Assembly (NCBI GenBank): GCA_001642005.1
Contig: LWCA01000264.1
Coordinates: 1 to 35,645, forward strand
DNA: 35,645 nt
Direction: 5' to 3'
From: Intoshia linei
Taxonomy: Eukaryota > Animalia > Orthonectida
How positions within the stretch are numbered: position 1 is the first letter of the stretch; every line of letters begins with the position of its first letter. The translations under genes were made by a program, and so were the position numbers. This document shows, one piece after another, positions 25,993 to 35,645 of this stretch. Under the pieces are notes generated by a model, which worked only from the letters and a program-made list of their open reading frames with translations, was not told the DNA's origin and searched no databases.

Positions 25993-28519
25993 ATGACAAA
26001 ATATGAAAAAGAATCTCAAATGTCTGATAATAAAATAATTTGTAATGGTGAATACGACGAATCACATGGAGTCGAATCGAATGCAGAGGTAATTTGACTT
26101 TGCTTTGAATATAATTTAATTTTAGCCAAACGAGCCGATTCGTTTCTTCAATTCTGATGAATACGACGAGTCACATTCTGTAAAAACTGAAAGTGAGCAA
26201 GTTAAAATATTAAAAATGAAACGTTTGTTTTTTGGGTATACTTTTATAATATGTTTAGGCAAAAAGAAGTCGGAATTTGTGAGAGCTGGTGATATTCAAG
26301 GAAATAGAGGCACCGATACATTGGAAAGTTTAGTAACGTACATCAATGGAGGTGATTTAGAAGTAGTTCCAACAACAAAAGTGAACAAAAAGAAGAAGAA
26401 AAGTAAAAATAAAAAAATAAAAAGCTCAGTTACTGCACCTGTTCTAAATCAAGATAAATCCATCGAGAAAGTAAGTAATTTTACTGAATTGAATACTCAA
26501 CCACAAGTTGCGGTTGAAATTAAAGAAAATGTAATAAATATCACTGAGTCTACTAAAAATGATGAATCTGAATGGAGTACTTGTTTTAACAAGAAAAAAC
26601 GAAACGAAAAATTTGAAAAATCCAATATCGGTATTGATCAAAGAAAAAAGACGAATGTGCTTGGAAAACCGGTAAAAAAACAAAAAATACAAGTGCATCA
26701 AGATAAAAAGATATTCAAATATCAAACTAAAAAAATTGACCAAAAACCCACCGTCAAGTCAAGTCAAATAAATGGGTTTAAAAATAAATTACCAAAAAAT
26801 AAACCTCTATCTCAACCTATACCAAAATCAAAATCTACCGATGAACATAAATCTCAGAATCTAAGCCTTCCAGAATCTGATGAATACAATGTAACTGTTT
26901 TTGACGTGGAAAAGTACAAAAGAGATATTGAAAAATCCTCGAGTGTGCAAATTAAAATTATGGAAAATGATTATAAACGTGAAAAAAACTGTGAAAGGTT
27001 CAACAGTAATCATTATTCAAACATTGATGCTACTGATTATACTAATCAAAGTAATTGCAATAATTATGCTCCAGAATATCAATATTTTTATGCACCTCCA
27101 AATCTATACGATCAAAATATGAACATCTGCCCGGTTTATTATCCTTTCCAGAATCAATGGTATCCTCCCACCAACCAAGTTTATATGCCAGCATTTGGTT
27201 ATTACGATCCGATGTGTGGTGGGTATGTTTCGTGTAATTTTTTCAATAATTTAAATATTTAATCGATCAGCTCAGTTTAAAAATAATACTCTGCTAAATA
27301 TAAACAATTCTTCAATATCATTGTATTTAAATGTCATGAATAACAATGGCAATGAGTTTATGATATAATTATTCATAATTAAGTCCTTGTTATTTATCAG
27401 TCTAGAAGTGTCGAATTAATTTAAAAGTTTAAATACAATTATATTTTTATGTTCTTGATCTGAAGTAGGGATCGGTAACCTTTTATTCGATTTGGGCCAT
27501 ATTTTAAAGTACAAAAATCTTTCTGGTAACTAGTATAAAAAAATTTTTTTCGATACTACTAAATTTTTAATCAAATTAAGACATCTTAATCTTGCGTCTT
27601 ACCCCACTTTATTTTCTACTGTATTTATAAAAAACTTTATTTGCTCTTTATGTATTGTAGTTCTCTACGGTGTTTTTTTAATAACCTTTTCAATTTTTTT
27701 ATAGAATATCCCCCTAAGCCCAATATGTATCGTTCTACTTAACTCACTTTCTTCAAAATTCAGTTTTTATAGTTTTTGATTGTACATTAAATATTTCCGA
27801 TGAATAACGTCTGGCCATTCTTAGTCTGAAAGTCGCTGGTATATTTATCTTGTATTTTATATTCTATGCTAAATTTTTCAGATATTTTTGTTAAAGTCAT
27901 AAATACCAATAATTAAGAATTTTCCTAGGGTCACTGGTAAGTTTAAAGTATCTTTCGTTCGGCCGAACACCACTCTTAAAAATTATGATAAATATCCTGT
28001 TGCGAATTTAAATTTTAAAAATATAATTTAGATCAAAATATGAATCCTGCCTATATAGATCCAAAATTTTCACAACAAATCATCATGTCTAACGGACAAC
28101 CTGTTGAACAATTCAACAGTATTCCTATTAATCAACCTCTCGCTTTCAACGATGCCAAAACTCAAAATCATCTGAACGATAAAGTGGAACCAGACTCTCA
28201 TCCCAAAATTACAGCTACTGTTACCGAAAATATAGTCAATCAAATTGACAATGTCAATAATAAAATTGAAGAAATGAAAATTAACACCAAAACTGAAATA
28301 AATCACAATGAATCCAAAGTAAAATCTGTTAAAATTATGGCAAATGACGTTATGATAAATCTTTCAAAATCAAATGAAATTTGTAGTGAATTTTACCATA
28401 GCCACGTTCCATACTGCTCTAGTAAATTATATAATAGCAATGCAATCAAATGGAAATCTCTAAAATCCCAAATAAGCGATTCAGGAAATGTAGTTAAATA
28501 CGATAAAAACCAAATGTAA
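25993..28519 (+). CDS. Uncharacterised, largely low-complexity protein (Lys-rich middle, Tyr/Pro/Asn-rich segment)
   Basis: Proposed exons 25993-26088, 26126-26222, 26259-27233 and 28032-28519 join the 348-aa and 159-aa ORFs in frame. The long open frames in very AT-rich DNA support coding. Boundaries of introns 2 and 3 are not homology-anchored. Confidence 0.7.
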
Positions 28520-28633
28520 ATAAAATGTGTTCAACTACACAGTGTTAATAAAATTGTAAATCCTTACGATATATTTATGTTAATTATAGTTTGATTAAAT
28601 AAACAATTGATAAAAGTACTTTTTAATATCGAC

Positions 28634-31600
28634 ATGTTGGCGATGAAGTATCTCGTGTTTGTTATTTTTATGGTTGCGCTAAAATTGCTCAAAGTCAAAA
28701 ATCGATATTTGTTGGCTTTAATTTGTAGTCTTTTAACTACAGGTTTATTTTTATTTTTTTTACTAATTTTAAATTAGACGGTATAATTAACTTTCAAAAA
28801 TCTATTTTCAAACCGCATATTGGCAATTACAGTTTGCCGGTTCCTTCCTATCTCAAATTGGAAAGTTTTTACATAAAAACTGCAGACAATGAAAATTTAC
28901 ACACCTTTTTCATACCAAGTGATGTATCTAGATCGGAAAAGGAAAATAACAGCCCTACGTTGGTGTATCTTAGTGGAAATGCTGGTAGCATTAGATCCAA
29001 GTAATTGTCGTATTGTTTAAAAACAACTTTTATAGCATTTGGACAACTGAAATTTTGTATAAACTTAAAATATTTAATATTTTTATGATTGACTATCGTG
29101 GATTTGGGTTGAGTACTGGTGAACCATCCGAGAAAGGTAAAATTAATAATTATAAAGTAATTTCAATAAAATTTATTTTTTTCTTTGTTTACATTGCAAT
29201 AAATTGGTTAAATTAGGTTATGAAGGATTTTCACTACAATAATGTATCTAATAAATTTATAAAATATAATTTTTATCGTCAATATACATTAGTGTTTTAT
29301 AACTGTGGGGTAAGCCCACAAGTTGATCTGAATGAAATTTATTGGAGTTGTAAAAACTAGGTTAATTTTGTACAATACTAGCTTGATTGTTGTATACTTG
29401 GTACAAATAGCAGCTAGTTATGTCAAGGGCAACATTTTTATTTTTTAATTGATTTTAAGTTTTTCAAGATGTGATTTATGATAATACTCAAGATTTTAAA
29501 GACTATCCAAAATTTATGATTTATAAAATGCTGTGACTTCATTTTTAAAAAAAAACCTAATTTGGGGGTTTGACGGTAAAAGTGAAGATGGTTGATATTT
29601 ACGAGAATAGTAATGGTATTAAAACTTCTCTCAAAATGTATGTTATTAAAAATTCTAGGATTGATTTGATTATTTATTAACAAAACAAACAATTTGGATT
29701 TTGATCCTAAGGGAATTAATTTCTGAAAATAAATTAACTATTATAAATTGGGTGTTTTTAAATCTAGAACTTAATTTTATAATTAAACGGTAGTGGACAG
29801 ACATAAAATTATATATAAATAAATAATTCCCATATGTCATACGGTATGACTCATACCTAATATTACAAAAATATATTATAGTTTTTATAGTTGTACTGAC
29901 CACTAGTTCGACCCTACATGTCACCCATTGTACCATAAAAAATATTCCTTGATATAAAACGTTTAAAAATTTCAATAATTAAAATAAATTATAGTTTTAC
30001 AATAAAGCATCTCAAATCAATATTATCAATAACGTCACATTTTTTAATAATTATAAAGGAAACGGTAAATATACAAAATATACATTTGACTTTTAGGTAT
30101 GATTGAAGATTTAAAGGCAGCACTTTTGTATTTACAAAAATACGATATTTTGAAAAACAAAAAAGTGGTTATTATGGCTCATTCATTAGGTGGCGCTGTC
30201 TTAATCAGCGCATTAAATTCAAATTTAAAATGCTGTGATAAAAACATTGTTTTAATCACAATAATAAATACATTCTCATCTCTTAGAAACATTGCTATCA
30301 GAATTTATGGAGATTTTTTGCGACTTATCAATTATTTGCCTAATGTGATGCTATTAAACAAGGTATCAAAAACTAATTATAAACAAAATAAATTAATAAA
30401 ATTCAAACCTTCCATATAGAACATTCCATAAAATATACAATGTACTTACATGGACATTTCAGAATTATTTTAAATTTTAGCCCTACAGACTGTGGTTTCC
30501 AAGTTATATACCTTCGTAATCCACTTTTCATCAAAATCATTGTGTAAATAACACAATTTTTCGTTCGTACATGTCACCTCAACACGATCGGATGCAGAAC
30601 TCTAATGTGTACCCAGCAAAAAATTGAAAACGAGCTATAACATTTCACAGTTGGTCAGTTATATCAGTTTTTTTTTACCCAAACAACTTTTTTTCTTAAA
30701 TATGGACCATTTATTTGCAAATCATATACTATAGCAGCGATTCCCGGTTGGGGTCCCAGAGCCCCATGGGGCTTAAAACTATATGCCTGGGTGACTGTGA
30801 GATTCAAATAAAATATAGACAAATTTTTATCAATTTTTGTTTATTTTTAATACTCATAGAGCAGTGGCTCCCAAAGTGGTCAACAGGAAATTCTAGGTGG
30901 TCACAAGAAAAATTTTATTATTATTAGTGAACGTAAATATCATTTTATAAAAATGAAGATAAAATTTACTGAATAACGTGATAATTTTCACGTGGGTTAA
31001 ATTTAATCTATGTAACGACTTGACTTAGTTCGATAGTCGTTCCCAGAACCGAACCTAGCAAGCTCGTGGCTACTCCTAAAATGAAAAATAGCTCCTTAAA
31101 AAAATTTGTAAACGAATTATAATGTCATATAACCCTATCCACCTCTTAAGACTCTTGAGTTGACATTTTAAATTTAACTCACAAATTAATTGATTTCAAA
31201 AAAAATTTTAATGCTCAATTAAATAAATTAAAGCCCCATTTGATCCATTGAGATCCATCGGTAGAAGGGTCTCGGATACGGTAGGTTCGGCACTGGTAGT
31301 TCGCCATAATTATGTTCGAAATGAATAATTTTTTTAATTACGCTATTGAAGCTACCATGTCAAAATTAATGTTACATTTTTGATTTAAGGAGGAATAATA
31401 AAAAAATATAAATATTACCTTAGTGACGTGTTCAGGATTAAGGGATTTAAGGAATTTATCTTAAAGCCTAGACGACTACATTATTATTTTAAAAAATCCC
31501 ACCGTTAATAAGATACCATAGGCATAAGTATAAAATACCATTTTAAACCGTCAGAAAAAATCGACTTTTACCTATATTTATTGAAAAAACCACTTAAATA

Positions 31601-33320
31601 TCTTCTTTGTCAATATTTTTTTGAAAAACACATTTTACCAAATCTCATGAGAAAAAGCTTAATTTTTTAATAAAGGTTTTATATTTCATGTTTCCTTTGG
31701 GATGCAAAAAAATAAAATGGGAATATTAACACTATTTCAATCGGGAACCACTTGTACTATTGTAATGATTTGTAGTAGGCACTATGGAGTCCTGATTATT
31801 CGAAAATTTGAAAAACCGGTTATTGAATAATTCCGGTTATTTGAACAACGATTATCCGATTAATCAAAATTTAAAATTTTTAACATAAAATTCAATCATA
31901 ATCAAAAGAGAATTTAATCTTGTTTTTACATCCAAAATTAATTTCAATTTTTTTTTATGTATCAAATAACATAGATTTGTAGACAGTAATTTTTTACATA
32001 TGATTTGCGAAATAATCTCACAATTTTTCGAATTTTTGATAAAGTTTCATAAACTAGAGAATGTATGATATTTTTGTCACTATTTTCTTCAGATGTATCA
32101 TTAAATGAATATTCACTATTAGAATTAGAAAATAATGATTGATTGATTGCGGTTATTCAATATGATACATAACACACAACTAAGTGTATCGTATGGGAAA
32201 AACAAGTTTGATGTAAACAAGGTACTATCCTTCATAATTTCATCATTACACTGAATTCATCAGTTGTGGCACAAACGATTTCTTTATTTATGTTAAATCC
32301 AAATTCTAACATTTTTTCCTTAACAATTTGTACACATTTCTCTGATTTGGCCGATCCAGAAATTCTGATCAAACCTGTATTATATATTTTAAGTCTTGTA
32401 TGAATATTTATATTCATGTAATTTCGATTATTAATTCCAGTATATTCATCAAGAGTGAGACTGAACATGGTTTTATTTTGTAAATCTTGAAAAATTAGAC
32501 TATTTGATATACTTATGAAATTTTTGAAAATCCGATTATTGTAAGCGATTAATCGAATATCATTCCCTAGTAGGCACTCAACACATGAGATTTTAACTAT
32601 TTTAATATTTTCTTGTTCGCTAAAATGATTTAATTACTTCCAACTGCGGCCTAAGGAAAGAAGTTTAAGAAACACTGGTATAGAGTCTGAGAATTACCAC
32701 TACTACAAATTATTAATTTATCTAATTTTTAGTTTGACACTGTTAATATCATTGAAAACATTAAAATTCCAATATTATTTTGTTCCAGTATTAATGATGA
32801 TATTGTACCTCATGATATGATGACTACATTATACCAAGTAATTTTTTATTATTATTTTTATATATTGATAATTTGGTTATGGAATGGTCCCTAAATTCTG
32901 TAGTTTACATTGTAGACTGTACGACGTACAGTATTACGAGCCGAAGTATAATTCAAAATTTTATTTAATTTATTAATGAGCTTAAATAATATGGCATAAG
33001 TTATATTTATTAACATGTAAAAAATGTTTTAATATTAAAAATTGATCTATACTCTATGAAGTTCCCGTATTTTTTTGTTTGTCAGATACGGGCCATACTC
33101 CCGTGCAATCTTAAAATTTGAATAAAATGACAAAACTCTACATTGTACACACACAATGTAGTATAGCTTTATATCAGTGTATAATATACAATATATACTT
33201 TAGATTTCTAAAAGCAAAGAAAAAAAAATAATAAAGTATGAAAATTCAAACCATGTAAATGTATTAACGGAACCAAGCTTTCTGAGTGATGTAATACAGT
33301 TTTACAACAGAGTAAAGTAA
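28634..33320 (+). CDS. ABHD13: ABHD13-like alpha/beta hydrolase with N-terminal hydrophobic anchor, 6 exons
   Basis: Exons 28634-28742, 28778-29000, 29036-29136, 30097-30362, 32733-32837, 33204-33320. Motifs PTLVYLSGNAG, IDYRGFGLSTGEPSEKG, AHSLGGAV, NTFSSL, PILFCSSINDDIVP and NSNH give a Ser-Asp-His triad. Subfamily assignment (ABHD13 vs ABHD12) is from memory. Confidence 0.8.
29378..29825 (-). mobile_element. Helitron-like element, copy F (internally deleted)
   Basis: The minus-strand 3' end ...CCCTTGACATAACTAGCTGCTATTTGTACCAAGTATACAACAATCAAGCTAG|T matches the family terminus. The 5' region reads TTATATATAATTTTATGTCTGTCC. Confidence 0.65.
31044..31295. mobile_element. 252-bp MITE with 8-bp target duplication (hAT-like)
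   Basis: CAGAACCGAACCTA ... TAGGTTCGGCACTG inverted ends; flanks GTCGTTCC / GTAGTTCG. A related end (AGTGCCGAACATACGGTA) occurs at about 17635. Confidence 0.65.
31783..32569 (-). mobile_element. Internally deleted hAT transposon with transposase remnant
   Basis: Perfect 8-bp duplication GTAGGCAC (31775-31782 and 32570-32577), subterminal CGATTAATC/CGATTA repeats, and minus-strand FSLTLDEYT...NINIH...GLIRISGS...IVCATTD followed by CFSHTIHL (hAT CxxH motif). Confidence 0.88.
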
Positions 33321-33395
33321 TTAACGGGGAAAAATTGCAACAAGGAATAATACGAAATAATTTAATACAACATATTGTAAAAATAAAAATAAACA

Positions 33396-34789
33396 TCATG
33401 TCCAAGGGTAAAATAATGAAAACAGTACAGTTCCAATGATATGATAGGTTAAAAAATACAAGCCAATTATTTTACGACAAAAATGTGATTTTTCGTACAA
33501 AATGGCACAATACAAGTAAACCAGTGGACAAGCAGAGCAAATCATTCTTGTAATAATCTAAATGTAAAATTAAATATATAAGAAACAATATAATACTATA
33601 ACAATACAAGAAACATAATATAAACCTGAATATGTGCAAATAAAGCAATGAAAATGGCAATAAAAACAATATGTGTAATGTGAACAAGATGACATTTTGT
33701 TATAAAATCAATAGTTTTAGTTTTGAAGCATTGCTTTTGTTTCGTTTTCAGAAACGTATAATGAATCCAATAGTACACTATTATTGTCAATAAAATATAC
33801 ATGGGTGCTGACAACAAAAAGTTTCCAATTTGAGTAAGTTTATACATGTAAAGAAATCCTACATTCCAGTATTTAGTTTGCAATAATTTATAAAAGTTGA
33901 TGTAATTGTTGCAATTAATAATAGAATTCAACTGTGGTCTACACGCCCATAAACGAATAAAATTAAAGTAGATACAGAGAGGCAAAATCATTAAAAATAA
34001 AAACAAAAAAATTAATAAAATAATTGTCAACATTTTTTTGATATCAACATGAAAAGCACAAGTCTGTAAACATTTGTGTATTTGTGATGTACGCATTTGA
34101 TAATGTACAGTGAATACTTTGAACAATGAAAAAAATAAAAATCCCAAATTTATCATTCCGTTTGATCGACATATTATACAAATTGACATGAATAATGCAA
34201 TAAAAATCAAATGTTTATATATTTGAAATTTAAAAGTCTTTTTTAAATTTTCAGGGTTTACTGATACAAAATTTTCAGTTACGCATTTTTCCAGTAAATG
34301 AATCTCATGTAGCAAATTTAAAACAGTATAAAAATATAGACTTTCAGAATAACATGCACTGAAGAATATACTTGCTGGATTGAAGCAAAACAAAAATGCA
34401 GCTTTGTATGCCAATTTTTCTAATTCGTTTTTTTCCAAATTCGTTTCATCCTTTAAAATGTTTCGAGTAAAAATGTATAAAAGTCTGGCAGAATACACAA
34501 AAATTATATTGTTGATTAATACTGCAGAAATAATTATCAAGTCTAAATTTGGCCATTTTAAGGGATTTAAAATAAATGAAGTATATCTAAAAATTAATGG
34601 AGCAAATGGATAAAATACAAAATGATAGTCAAAGGTGTATGAGTTTGTTGCAATGTAAATGAAATATTGCCCATCCCAATTGACATAACCTTTGAATAGA
34701 ATTTTCACTAAAAAGGATTCATTAAAATTGTAGTTTCCATATTTGAATGCGTCTGCATCATGAAATGGGAACGTATTGATTGAAATAAA
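33396..34789 (-). CDS. PIGV: GPI mannosyltransferase 2, 5'-partial
   Basis: Exons 34789-33626 and 33557-33396. Motifs WDGQYF, FYPFAP, FNPASIFFSACYSESL, RSNG, YWNVGFL, NFLL, HIQIITR and C-terminal PWT*. The short first coding exon was not found in the window. Confidence 0.95.
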
Positions 34790-34814
34790 CTAAAATTTAC
34801 AATGATAAATAAGC

Positions 34815-35005
34815 ACTTTAGTATTCACTTTTTTTTATTTCGAAAATATTTTTTTAGAACAAAAAATTTTGAATAATTAACGGTTCTACAATTAAAAAAA
34901 TAATATATTATTCTGATACAACTTATTCCAGTTGATATAAATATAAATTTTCAACACCAGAAATATACGCATTCTACGACACTGGTGAAAAATAATTTTT
35001 AATAT
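34815..35005 (+). repeat. Internal fragment of the Helitron-like family
   Basis: CTTATTCCAGTTGATATAAATA...GGTGAAAAATAATTTTTAATATA is shared with 6189-6266. Confidence 0.7.
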
Positions 35006-35645
35006 ACAGTCTAAGTCCTTATTAAATGAAAATTCTATAATTTCGTTAATATGGATTTTTCACCATAGTAATACCCTTTTTTTAAATAAACACCATTAAA
35101 CGGTCAAATTTTTGTGATTATGAGTTTTTGAATAATACACGACGAAGTAATGTACACTAAACATTATCAACGGGGTCCATGGAAAATTTTATAGATTTTA
35201 TATTATTTACAGAAATAAATAATAATATTTCCGCCACGATAGTAATTATTTCTTATTAACACCATCTAATTTACTTGTCTATTAAAAATTTGATAAAAAA
35301 TGTAATAAATTGATTCCTAATTCTTAACAAGATTAGTTTATATTTATGATAGTCATTAAAAATAGATTCTAGAGATTTAGAGATAAAATTTTTAAATAAA
35401 AAATAATAATTTAAAATTTAATATGAAGTGGCCAGAAAAAATACGTACTATCAATTTTAGTTTATTAGGTGTTAAATGTAAAATCAAAACTACTTATCTA
35501 TGATGACGAATTAAAATTTTTGGCTTAAATAGTGTGTCCATAAGTAATCTTAAATACCATAGATAATTTTAGTCAATATTTTACTTGTAACTTTTCACAT
35601 TCTTAATAAAGTGAAGTTTTAATAAATTTATATTTTATAAAAACA

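Larger units (their letters stand above)
30735..32677. mobile_element. Cluster of hAT (Charlie/Buster-like) non-autonomous element ends
   Basis: Left ends CAGCGATTCCC (30735) and CAGTGGCTCCCAAA (30862). Right ends GGGAACCACTTG (to 31754) and TTTAAGAAACACTG (to 32677). Flanks are 8-mers of the nnnTAnnn type. Confidence 0.6.

Noticed and set aside
26193-26258. Donors with +5 G (GTGAG at 26193, GTTTG at 26223) as counterexamples to the +5 G loss
   Set aside because: They lie in the unassigned gene where the junction cannot be anchored by homology, so they were excluded from the count. One may be a real exception.
1-35645. Alternative genetic code or stop read-through to explain fragmented ORFs
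   Set aside because: All genes assemble with GT-AG introns and no in-frame stops, and TAA, TAG and TGA are all used as real terminators.
1-35645. Non-canonical (non GT-AG) or U12 introns
   Set aside because: Every junction resolves as GT-AG, and no GTATCCTT/ATATCCTT donor is needed.
1-35645. CRISPR array, tRNA, rRNA or snRNA genes
   Set aside because: No regularly spaced repeat-spacer array and no recognisable structural RNA was seen. A covariance search was not possible.
34792-35645. First coding exon of PIGV
   Set aside because: The candidate donors I tried give no convincing ATG-initiated open frame, so it probably lies beyond the window.

Overview
Very AT-rich, compact eukaryotic (animal-like) genomic DNA read in the standard genetic code. 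Six intron-rich protein-coding genes can be assembled by hand with GT-AG introns: CFAP69 (+, 5' end outside the window), CFAP57/WDR65 (+, complete), PSMD11/Rpn6 (-, complete), an uncharacterised Lys/Asn/Tyr-rich gene (+), an ABHD13-like hydrolase (+, complete) and PIGV (-, first exon not located). About half of the introns are 31-50 nt. The long introns are filled with decayed DNA transposons: a Helitron-like family, Tc1 and hAT relics, and MITEs. Tiny introns, low GC and tight gene packing resemble reduced parasite genomes such as the orthonectid Intoshia, but this is an inference only. The most unusual signal is the 5' splice site. None of 52 homology-anchored donors has the normally conserved +5 G, and donors lacking an exonic -1 G are mostly GTAAT. 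This hints at a spliceosome whose U1/U6 donor recognition has shifted from GTAAG to GTAAT. All gene identities come from remembered protein similarity, not from a database search.
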